From Candidatus Iainarchaeum sp. (GTDB lineage: Archaea; Iainarchaeota; Iainarchaeia; Iainarchaeales; Iainarchaeaceae): a stretch of DNA of 15,914 bases. The stretch is taken from the NCBI GenBank assembly GCA_043812975.1, contig JBDRLP010000011.1:1-15914 (forward strand), written 5' to 3'. Below the pieces are notes generated by a model. That model was not told the origin of the DNA. It did not search any database and saw nothing but the letters and a program-made list of their open reading frames with translations. Below, in pieces: positions 7,260-14,935 of the stretch (positions within the stretch are counted from its first letter, which is position 1; every line of letters begins with the position of its first letter). A program made the translations under genes and the position numbers.

Positions 7260-7295
7260 TGAAATAGAAAAAGAAAGTTGTTCTTAAAAATCAAT

Positions 7296-7610
7296 TTATT
7301 TAAGCTGGTTCATTGATCTATTTGCCCTGTCTTCTTCCATATCACAGGAATTGCAGGTTGAAATAACATCCAGAACAAAGCGTTTATTCTCGCCTGATCG
7401 TTGTATTTCAGTTCCTTCAGCATCCGCCTTTCTCAGTTCGCGGAATTTTATTTCAAAATGATTGTAAAGCTCTTTCAGAGAATCTTGTGTCTGATCTTTT
7501 TCAGGCGTACCCTGCCTTCCTAAATGAGCTCTCCCCATGCAAAGCATGCAATTCTTCTTCACACTCTGCTTTATTCGAGCTTCTCGTTCCTGTAAATCAA
7601 CTAAATCCAT
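7296..7610 (-). CDS. Small hypothetical protein with two CxxC motifs (possible Zn/metal binding)
   Basis: 104 aa with CMLC near the N-terminus and CNSC near the C-terminus. Minus-strand CTTAAATA TATA box at about 7633-7640. Confidence 0.7.
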   Translation of the reverse strand: MDLVDLQEREARIKQSVKKNCMLCMGRAHLGRQGTPEKDQTQDSLKELYNHFEIKFRELRKADAEGTEIQRSGENKRFVLDVISTCNSCDMEEDRANRSMNQLK

Positions 7611-7650
7611 GTAACAATTACTGCTAAGGAGATATTTAAGGTTTTAGAGT

Positions 7651-8301
7651 TTATCGTCTTTTTAAACGAAAAGAAATAGAAAGATGATGTGGGGCTTTTT
7701 CATGACCATTGCGATAAGTTCTTGAGTCTTTGAAATGCGTTACTCCTGACGATTTCCTCAATTTTTCTGGATCCATTACTGAACGGGAATCAACTGCAGG
7801 AGTAAGGAAAATTCTTGTGTTAGGTGAAACTAATTTCCTAAGGCCAGTATATAATTTTCTATAGGGTGGTTTTTTATCCCCCCATCTTCGTCTATCAAAT
7901 AGATTCATATTGAATAAAAAATCAGGTTTAAATTCTACTAGTTCTCTTTTGCTTCCAACTTCTTCAGAATTAGAATTTACTAAAATAGCATCGTTCAAAT
8001 TTTTTTGAGCCATGGCATAATGTTTACCGCTAGTGGCTCCAGCTACTATAGCGCCATGATCTTGTAAAAGCCTCAAAAAAGTTCCGTCTCTACACCCAAT
8101 TTCCATTATTCTTTTTCCTCTGACTGCATTTTCAATGCATTTTTTTACTTGCTTTTGATTTCTTGGAACTTGCTTTGTTTCCTCAAGCAAATTATCAAGC
8201 ATTGAAACGTAAAAGCCCAGGTTTCCATATGTGATTCCCAAAGTTTTCTCATACTGTAATAAATAGTTGTGTACAAATCTAAATGCAAGGTCAAAATTCA
8301 T
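7651..8301 (-). CDS. Divergent class I SAM-dependent methyltransferase-like protein
   Basis: Motif I-like GKRIMEIGCRDGTFLRLL..HGA.V.G. Minus-strand ATTAAATA TATA box at 8323-8330. Confidence 0.7.
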   Translation of the reverse strand: MNFDLAFRFVHNYLLQYEKTLGITYGNLGFYVSMLDNLLEETKQVPRNQKQVKKCIENAVRGKRIMEIGCRDGTFLRLLQDHGAIVAGATSGKHYAMAQKNLNDAILVNSNSEEVGSKRELVEFKPDFLFNMNLFDRRRWGDKKPPYRKLYTGLRKLVSPNTRIFLTPAVDSRSVMDPEKLRKSSGVTHFKDSRTYRNGHEKAPHHLSISFRLKRR

Positions 8302-8341
8302 AATATCATTAGATTATGTGACTATTTAATTCTTTCAATTT

Positions 8342-8378
8342 AAAAAAAATAGAAAAAATTGTGGCGTTTAAGCCACAA
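8342..8378 (-). terminator. Hairpin plus T-tract terminator after tfb
   Basis: TTGTGGC (8359-8365)/GCCACAA (8372-8378) 7-bp stem, followed on the minus strand by T runs. Confidence 0.6.
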
Positions 8379-8392
8379 CTTCGTTTTTGAAT

Positions 8393-9301
8393 TTAAGCTA
8401 CTACTTCAATATTCAATTTCTTCTTTAATTCTCTATACCTGTTTCTGATTGTAACTTCTGTTACACCAGCAACATTAGCAACTTCTTTCTGGGTTCTCCT
8501 TTCTCCTTTCAAAAGACCAGCTATGTAAACTGCAGCTGCAGCAACACCGGTTGGGCCTCTTCCTGAGATTAAACCTTCTTTAATTGCTTCTTCCAAAATT
8601 TTTCTTCCCTCTTCCTGAACTTCTCCGCTCAGGTTAAGCTCTGAAGCAAATCTTGGGATATAGTGAATTGGATTTGTCAAAGGTATATCTAACTTTAACT
8701 CTCTGACCAAGAATCTGTATGTTCTTCCAATTTCTTTTTTGGTCAGACCTGAAGCTTCCGCCATCTCGTTAAGAGTTCTTGGAACATTATAGTTTCTGCA
8801 CACAGTGTAAAGTACTGCCGCAACAACTGCTTCAATTAATCTTCCTCTAATCAAACCTTTCTTTACAGTTTTTCTGTAAAGCAATGCAGCTGCTTCAATC
8901 AACTGTTCAGGAGTGTTTAAATATGATGCAATTCTCCTTAATTCTGTTAAAGCAATTGATAGATTTCTTTGCATTGAAGAGCTTATTGATGCTCTCTTAT
9001 GCCATTTTATAAGTCTGTACATCTGTGCTCTTGATTTTGAGGATAATTTGTTTCCTCTTAAGTCGGTTCCGCGTCTGTCAATCATTGTTACTAAACCTTT
9101 GTTTAGTTTGACATATTTCATTGGAGACCCTGTTCTTGCTCTTTCTTCCATTTGGTCGGAATCAAAGCTTCTCCATTCCTTGCCGAAATCAACTTCGTCT
9201 TCTGAAAGTACCATTCCGCAGCCACCACAAATTATTTCGCCCTTTTCATCATCTCTTCTGATTTTTGTGGAACTACATTCTGGACATTTTACATCAGCCA
9301 T
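8393..9301 (-). CDS. tfb: Transcription initiation factor IIB (TFB)
   Basis: Zn ribbon CPEC...CGGCG, B-reader EWRSF...R.G.P, two cyclin repeats, TQKEVANVAGVTEVTIRNRY; SD-like AGGAGTGG upstream. Confidence 0.98.
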   Translation of the reverse strand: MADVKCPECSSTKIRRDDEKGEIICGGCGMVLSEDEVDFGKEWRSFDSDQMEERARTGSPMKYVKLNKGLVTMIDRRGTDLRGNKLSSKSRAQMYRLIKWHKRASISSSMQRNLSIALTELRRIASYLNTPEQLIEAAALLYRKTVKKGLIRGRLIEAVVAAVLYTVCRNYNVPRTLNEMAEASGLTKKEIGRTYRFLVRELKLDIPLTNPIHYIPRFASELNLSGEVQEEGRKILEEAIKEGLISGRGPTGVAAAAVYIAGLLKGERRTQKEVANVAGVTEVTIRNRYRELKKKLNIEVVA

Positions 9302-9482
9302 TATACCACTCCTTTTTTAGTTTTGTTCCCCCCACGAGAACCTAATCACAATTCTAATACGGTCTAAAAATTAAGAGAAAATAGAACCATAAGAACTTAT
9401 ATAACTGCTACCCACATCATTTATAAAGCTATCGGTACGATTAGAATTTTCTAATTTGCTGTTTTTAGGCGTTTTAAGCCTT

Positions 9483-10025
9483 TTATGGGGCTTTTTCTTC
9501 TTCAGAATCCCCTACGGGACTCCCTTCGGTCGCAGATTCTTTTGCTTCTGCTTTTTCGTGCTTTTTTGCGTGTTTTTCAGCTTTAGCTTTCTTTTTTTCC
9601 TTTGTTTTTTCGAACTTTTCAAGCAAAATTCCGGAAATAACTCCCTGCTGGCCTGGTCTTGAAGTAACTTTCACATAAATCTCTTTTGAACCGTCTTTTG
9701 CCTTTAGTACAGCGCCTTTAGTAATAACATTCCTTCTAGCGAACTGCCTGTCAGCATTATTCTCCTCGACCCCTGTAATTTCGAGCTTTTTTGGCTTATC
9801 CTTAGGTTTTTGAGGGTCTGAAGTAAAAATAAACTTATCAGCTTTAAGCACTACTTTGGTTGTTTTTCCCACTTTTTTGTGCATTTCTCTCTTGGCTTCT
9901 GAAGTAGTTATAGTTGTATGACTAGGGTTTCCGCCAATGGACCTTAATTTTTTATCCTCAGCTCTTACAGTAGCTCTTATCCCGCCAGTTGCTTTTCTCT
10001 TACTTTTCATATGCCATTGAGTCAT
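9483..10025 (-). CDS. rps8e: 30S ribosomal protein S8e with a charged C-terminal extension
   Basis: QW...SKRK.TGG, N.AD..FARRN.ITKGA, VTSRPGQ.G. Start placed at ATG 10025, which has SD AGGTG upstream. Confidence 0.94.
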   Translation of the reverse strand: MTQWHMKSKRKATGGIRATVRAEDKKLRSIGGNPSHTTITTSEAKREMHKKVGKTTKVVLKADKFIFTSDPQKPKDKPKKLEITGVEENNADRQFARRNVITKGAVLKAKDGSKEIYVKVTSRPGQQGVISGILLEKFEKTKEKKKAKAEKHAKKHEKAEAKESATEGSPVGDSEEEKAP

Positions 10026-10064
10026 TCTAAACACCTTAAAAATACAAAACAACTAAGTTGTCTT

Positions 10065-10586
10065 ATGCTTTCCAAAACAATAGGAAAACACGGTTTTTCC
10101 CTCCTAAAAGGAGAAATAACTACAGATTCATATAAAGAGAGCATTAAAAAGCTTACGATTGGATTTGATGTTTTTACCCAAATAATTCCATCCAGATTAG
10201 TTGCAGGAGAAAACCATATTTGGTTTGCTTTAGAACAATCATTGAATGCTTTTGAACAAAAAACAGCTTTTACAAAAAAACCAGAATTAGAATTTATTGT
10301 GAGGCTTGTGGCGGACAAGCAACTCAACAAAGCCTTGGAAAAAGCCGAGTTCAAGAAGAATGAACCATTGATTTTAGTAATTGGTTCTGCTGATGAAAAG
10401 GCTATTAATAAAATCAAAGAAACTCTTAATTTTAAAGAAAAGGACTTCCAACTTGGTTTGAATAAAGAGGAATTAGTAAAATATTTTGGAATTGAAAAAC
10501 GGGAAATTGAATCACTTGCAGATGTTAAAAACCCATTAGAGGAATTAATTATTGAGAGGTGTGCTTTTGTTTCGCTTGAAAAATAG
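10065..10586 (+). CDS. cgi121: KEOPS complex subunit Cgi121
   Basis: Q.I....VAGENHI.FA....L.AF....AF.K..ELEF..RL.A.KQL.KALE..; C-terminal IIER.A. Start placed at ATG 10065, after CTTAAAAA at about 10035-10042. Confidence 0.85.
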   Translation: MLSKTIGKHGFSLLKGEITTDSYKESIKKLTIGFDVFTQIIPSRLVAGENHIWFALEQSLNAFEQKTAFTKKPELEFIVRLVADKQLNKALEKAEFKKNEPLILVIGSADEKAINKIKETLNFKEKDFQLGLNKEELVKYFGIEKREIESLADVKNPLEELIIERCAFVSLEK

Positions 10587-10947
10587 TCTGATTTTTTTTA
10601 TTGTTTTAGCATTAATTGTTCTTTCCGGATGTACAAATACTAATGAATTAATTCCGATTAATAGCAATCCTGATTCAGAAAACCAAGTAATAAGTTCAGT
10701 GGTTATCAAACCAGAAGACAAACTAATTCTTGTTACTGGCGAGGAAATAATTTACAAAGGAAATGTAAACATTCCTTCAGGTAGTGTCACAGAATGGAAA
10801 GCAACTTTCTTTATTTCAAATGATTCAGCACAAAGATTTGATTTAGGTTCCGGAGAATCAAAAACAATTGGTGTAACAAAAATACTTGTTAAAGAAATAC
10901 TAACTTATCAAACAGGTGCAGTAGAAATTGAATTAATTGAAGGGTAA
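10567..10947 (+). CDS. Putative lipoprotein/surface protein (start uncertain: 10552, 10567 or 10576)
   Basis: Basic residues, hydrophobic core FFIVLALIV and lipobox-like LSGC. GAGGTG at 10556-10561 precedes TTG 10567. Confidence 0.75.
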   Translation: MFRLKNSLIFFIVLALIVLSGCTNTNELIPINSNPDSENQVISSVVIKPEDKLILVTGEEIIYKGNVNIPSGSVTEWKATFFISNDSAQRFDLGSGESKTIGVTKILVKEILTYQTGAVEIELIEG

Positions 10948-13200
10948 TTATTTTTCCTCATAATATGCATTCAATACTTCTAAAAGTTTTTTTGCTTTCT
11001 TTGGACCCATTTTTTCAACTTCCTGCAATTCCTTTACAGTTGCATTCACAATAGATCTTATGCTTCCGAACTTTTTCAGCAAAGCTTTTGCAAGCCTAGG
11101 TCCTACAAGAGGAAAACCTTCCATTATGTACTGTTGTTGTTCCGGAATCGTTAAACCTTTTCTTCCGACTCTTAATTTAATTTCTTTTTCAGAACCAAGC
11201 TGTTCTCTTTTTGCAATCAAAAAAACTAATTTTGCAGTTTCTTCCACATCGCGTGTGTAAAGAATTGGAACCCTATAATTCAAAGCAATAGAAGCAAGAG
11301 CTGCTTTGATTGCATTTTCATGAATGTTCCTTGTAGTATAAAGTTCATCGTGATTTCCTTCAAGAATAATTAAAGGCGCATTATAATTAGATGACATCAT
11401 TGTAAGCTGATTAAACAAACGCCCGTCAATAAGTGAGGATAAAAAATCCTCAATTGTTTTTCTTTCAACAACAACCTCATCACTTAAAACAAAATCACCC
11501 ACTTCTAATTGTTTTACTTTTATTACTGCATCCATCTTGCTCAGTTTTACAGTAACACTTGAAGCCTGTTCACGCGAGTCAACATAAATAATTATTTGTT
11601 CAGCAAAATTTTCACTATACTTTGCCAGAGTAGTTTGTGAATCAAGCTTTTTTTCAGGAATAGCTTTTGGGTTTTGCAACTGCCTCAAAGTAGTTTTCAT
11701 TTTCCTTTCTTTAGCCCTTGAAGCATAATAAAACGCCTCATCCCTGGTTCCTTTTGCCAGTAAAACAATGGCTTTTCCTGCTTCTTTTCTGCCTGTTCTG
11801 CCTCTTCTCTGAATCATTCTGATTTCGCTTGGAACAGGTTCATAAAAAATAACCAAATCAACTTCAGGAATATCAATTCCTTCCTCAGCAACACTGCTAG
11901 CCAATAATGTGTTATATTTCCCCTCTTTCAGACCCTGAATAGCCTGTCCCTGTTCTTTCTGGCTTAAACCCTTATCGTCTCCTTTGGTTGCCTGTCCGAC
12001 AAAACGCTTTGGGTTTATAGAATCAATTTTTTCCAAATAATTTTTTATTGTCCTGATGTTTCCCCGGTAATGATTGAACACAATTACTTTTGAATTTGGT
12101 TTTTTATCAAACTGGTCAACAAGAATGTGCTTTAATGCCTCAAGTTTAGGGTGTACAATATTTTCATCAATAAGGTCCTGCGCAAGATTTTTTGATTTCA
12201 GAATATTCGTATCTGCCATAATCATCTTAACTGCTTTTGAAGCATTTGATTTTGAACTATCTTCTGCCATTTTTTTCATGTACTCATTCAGAGATTCTGT
12301 TCCCTGTGTTTCAAGTAAAGTTAATGCATGAGCGACTTTCAAAAGCGCAGCTGTTCTTGATGCTGCAATGTAAATCGCGGGATTTCTTGCGTTGCTTGTG
12401 ATTTCTTTTCGTATCCGTGCCTGCAATTGCAGCATATCAACTCTTGAAAAATATTTTTTTCCGGTTCCGAAACCGATTTTTTTTAAAGAATCAGCCTGTT
12501 TTTTCTGAAACTCATCTAAAAGTTTTTTTATTTCAAGAAACTTTGCAGGAAGCTCAAGTTTAACCCATTCGACTTCAATAGGATTAATATATTTCTTAAC
12601 ATCCTCGTCATCATGCTGTTTTATTTCCACGTTTTTTATGAATAGATTTCTGCATACACTTTGAATTTTTTCTTCTTCTCCTCCAGGTGAAGCAGTTAGT
12701 GCAAGTATTAAAGGATTTTTTGCTTTTCGCATGTAATGCTCTGCAATAAAAACGTATGCATAATTTCCCATGGCTCTATGTGCTTCATCAAACACAACCA
12801 AACCAAAATCACTAATATTAATTTTCCCCCCGACCAAATCATTCTGAATGCTTTGAGGTGTTGCTGAAATTATTGATGCACTTTCAAAAATTTCTTTTCT
12901 TTTTTTTGGAGAAACAGCTCCGGTTAGTAAAACAATTTTGTCATCATCAATATTGAGAAACTTTTTCATACTAGCAATATGCTGTACTGCCAATGGTTTT
13001 GTCGGAGCCACAAAAAGGACTTTCTTTTTCTGTTTGATTATTTCAGCAGCAACCATGATTGCCACAATAGTTTTTCCTAAAGCAGTTGGTGCTACAACCA
13101 GTGAGTTTCCATTTTCCAAAACTCTTGCAGTTAATACTTCCTGGTATAATTTTGATTCAACCGTATTTGGTTTGATTAAAGGGTGGGAAATATAATCCAT
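10948..13200 (-). CDS. hef: Hef (FANCM-like SF2 DEAH helicase fused to ERCC4/XPF nuclease and HhH)
   Basis: APTALGKT, DEAH, TASPG, EEGIDIP, QRRGRTGR; VDSRE..GDF..ERKT..DF nuclease motif; two HhH motifs. Confidence 0.96.
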   Translation of the reverse strand: MDYISHPLIKPNTVESKLYQEVLTARVLENGNSLVVAPTALGKTIVAIMVAAEIIKQKKKVLFVAPTKPLAVQHIASMKKFLNIDDDKIVLLTGAVSPKKRKEIFESASIISATPQSIQNDLVGGKINISDFGLVVFDEAHRAMGNYAYVFIAEHYMRKAKNPLILALTASPGGEEEKIQSVCRNLFIKNVEIKQHDDEDVKKYINPIEVEWVKLELPAKFLEIKKLLDEFQKKQADSLKKIGFGTGKKYFSRVDMLQLQARIRKEITSNARNPAIYIAASRTAALLKVAHALTLLETQGTESLNEYMKKMAEDSSKSNASKAVKMIMADTNILKSKNLAQDLIDENIVHPKLEALKHILVDQFDKKPNSKVIVFNHYRGNIRTIKNYLEKIDSINPKRFVGQATKGDDKGLSQKEQGQAIQGLKEGKYNTLLASSVAEEGIDIPEVDLVIFYEPVPSEIRMIQRRGRTGRKEAGKAIVLLAKGTRDEAFYYASRAKERKMKTTLRQLQNPKAIPEKKLDSQTTLAKYSENFAEQIIIYVDSREQASSVTVKLSKMDAVIKVKQLEVGDFVLSDEVVVERKTIEDFLSSLIDGRLFNQLTMMSSNYNAPLIILEGNHDELYTTRNIHENAIKAALASIALNYRVPILYTRDVEETAKLVFLIAKREQLGSEKEIKLRVGRKGLTIPEQQQYIMEGFPLVGPRLAKALLKKFGSIRSIVNATVKELQEVEKMGPKKAKKLLEVLNAYYEEK

Positions 13201-13288
13201 AACCGAGTAAAGGTGAAAATCGTTTAAAAAGAAACCCAGGCCTGATTGCCGGTCTGGAAGGGTTTTTTTGACTAATTAAAGGGCTTTA

Positions 13289-13325
13289 TTTAAATAGATT
13301 TGGTTTTACTCCTAGTATAGAGGTG
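13289..13325 (+). promoter_or_regulatory. Histone gene TATA box and Shine-Dalgarno
   Basis: TTTAAATA at 13289-13296; GAGGTG at 13320-13325, 8 nt before ATG 13334. Confidence 0.7.
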
Positions 13326-13333
13326 TTTTTGTT

Positions 13334-13549
13334 ATGAGTGACCGTATTTTACCTTTGGCAGCAGTGGACAGGATTATCAGGAAAGCTGGTGCAGGAAGAG
13401 TCTCTGAGGATGCTGTAATCGCGCTTACAGAAGTTCTTGAGGAAGAAGGAATCAAAGTAAGCCAGCAGGCAGCAGAATTTGCAAAACACGCAAACCGAAA
13501 AACCATTGTCGGTGCTGACATCAGACTTGCATTGAAGCAGATGAAGTAA
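13334..13549 (+). CDS. Archaeal histone (HMf family)
   Basis: LPLAAVDRIIRKAGAGRVSEDA...A...AKHANRKTI...DIRLA histone fold, 71 aa. Confidence 0.96.
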   Translation: MSDRILPLAAVDRIIRKAGAGRVSEDAVIALTEVLEEEGIKVSQQAAEFAKHANRKTIVGADIRLALKQMK

Positions 13550-13574
13550 AATTACCTTTTTCTTTTCGCTAAGG

Positions 13575-13601
13575 TTTTCTTTTTGTGTAACAAAAAGAAA
13601 A
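13575..13601. terminator. Bidirectional T-rich terminator/inverted repeat between the convergent histone and RAD55-like genes
   Basis: Perfect 12-bp inverted repeat TTTTCTTTTTGT-gta-ACAAAAAGAAAA, giving T-tracts on both strands. Confidence 0.65.
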
Positions 13602-13603
13602 GG

Positions 13604-14308
13604 TTACTGTATTGCTTCCCACATGATTTCGTCTCTTGGTTTGACTTCTATTCCGATTTCTGAAATATTAAACGCATGCGGTGTTTTGGAATGGTTTGTT
13701 CCACGCATTTTTCTAACAAAAATACTTCTGTTAGGGGGAACAAAGTACAAACTAACAACTCCATCAACCAGGAATTCTTCAACCCCGAAAGCTGAGAAAT
13801 CAAGTTTTCCTCCTTTGGTTTCAGCAATAAGAATCGTAGTACAACCCAAGTTCTTTAATGAATCAGCAAAGGAATAAAGTAAATGCCTTGTTCTTCCAGG
13901 TTCAGAAATCCATACTCCTAAAGCAGTAGTTGAATCAACAACAAGCCTTTTACAATTCATGTCCTTGACGAGTTTTGCAATAACTTTTAATTCTTCTTCA
14001 ATTTGTCTCTCAACATTTTCCTGAGTGTGTAAATTTAACTTGTAAATCTTGAATTTGTTAGTGTCCTGTAATGGTTTTATGTTCCAACCGAAAGATTCCA
14101 TGTTCCAAACAAGGTTTTTCAAGTTTCCTTCAAGGGTAATGTAAAGTCCTGCTTCATTAAAATCTTTGGCTCCACTGTAAAGATAAGTCAATCCAAATAT
14201 TGTTTTTCCTGTTCCTGCTCCGCCTGAAACAAGTACTGTTGAACTTTTAGGAAATCCTCCTGCTACTAATTCATCAAAACCTTTAATTCCTGTCTGAATT
14301 CTTTCCAT
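13604..14308 (-). CDS. Single-domain KaiC/RAD55-family (RecA-superfamily) ATPase
   Basis: TGIKGFDEL..GG.P, Walker A GGAGTGKT, Walker B LVVDS, KMRGT.H. SD GAGGTG overlaps the end of cmk. Confidence 0.93.
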   Translation of the reverse strand: MERIQTGIKGFDELVAGGFPKSSTVLVSGGAGTGKTIFGLTYLYSGAKDFNEAGLYITLEGNLKNLVWNMESFGWNIKPLQDTNKFKIYKLNLHTQENVERQIEEELKVIAKLVKDMNCKRLVVDSTTALGVWISEPGRTRHLLYSFADSLKNLGCTTILIAETKGGKLDFSAFGVEEFLVDGVVSLYFVPPNRSIFVRKMRGTNHSKTPHAFNISEIGIEVKPRDEIMWEAIQ

Positions 14309-14314
14309 TTTTCA

Positions 14315-14884
14315 TCACACCTCGATTTTTGATAAAACTTCTGCAAAAACTTCTTCCTGATTCAAGTTATCTGTATCGACAACCAAATCAAATATTTCCA
14401 GATTTTCACCCATTTTAAAATAGTACAACCTCTCATATAAAGCTTTTGTTTCAAGGTCCCTTGCCTTTATTTTTGCCAAAACTTCATCATAATTCAGGTT
14501 ATCTCTTGATGCAACCCTTTTAGCTCGCACTTCAGGAGAAGCCTTCAACCACACTTTTTTTGCTTTTCCCTTGTAAAGATAAGGCATTGTCCAGGAATCA
14601 AGAATAACGTTTCCAGCATCAGCAATTTCTTTTAGTTTTTCATCAAGAGCGTTGTCCATGGAACCATCTTTTTGTCTTTTTTTCATGAATTCCTTTGCTT
14701 CACTTGATTCCCACCAATCCTGAATTTTTTCAGGAGAAGCATTCTCTAAAGCACTTATTCCCTGAGTACTCATTTCCCTCAGAAGAGAAGAAGCATGAAC
14801 AACCTTAAGTCCTAGTTTTTCCCCTAAAGAATCAGCCAGAGAGCTTTTTCCCGAACCTGCAAAACCGGAAATTATTAACAACAT
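14315..14884 (-). CDS. cmk: Archaeal-type cytidylate kinase
   Basis: IIISGFAGSGKSS, KVWLKA...VRAKRVA.RD, RD......Y..LY, DLVVDT. Confidence 0.85.
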   Translation of the reverse strand: MLLIISGFAGSGKSSLADSLGEKLGLKVVHASSLLREMSTQGISALENASPEKIQDWWESSEAKEFMKKRQKDGSMDNALDEKLKEIADAGNVILDSWTMPYLYKGKAKKVWLKASPEVRAKRVASRDNLNYDEVLAKIKARDLETKALYERLYYFKMGENLEIFDLVVDTDNLNQEEVFAEVLSKIEV

Positions 14885-14903
14885 GCAAAAAATAGGGAAA
14901 AAG

Positions 14904-14925
14904 TATTTAAGAGACTAACTAGTTA
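14904..14925. promoter_or_regulatory. Shared bidirectional TATA-like element plus 10-bp palindrome
   Basis: TATTTAAG/CTTAAATA at 14904-14911 lies 20-27 nt from ATG 14884 (-) and 25-32 nt from ATG 14936 (+). TAACTAGTTA at 14916-14925. Confidence 0.5.
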
Positions 14926-14935
14926 TATCTGTCAA

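Noticed and set aside
10011..10064. Longer starts for rps8e (10052) and cgi121 (10011) given by the ORF track
   Set aside because: They would overlap head-to-head. Homology plus SD/TATA positions favour 10025 and 10065.
8913..13877. Antisense ORFs 8913..9320, 9456..9662, 10022..10417, 11060..11260, 12074..12331, 12938..13195, 13312..13521 and 13623..13877
   Set aside because: Opposite-strand shadows of conserved genes.
13604..14308. Circadian clock KaiC
   Set aside because: Single-domain RAD55/KaiC-like ATPases are common in archaea, and there is no kaiA/kaiB or tandem domain here.
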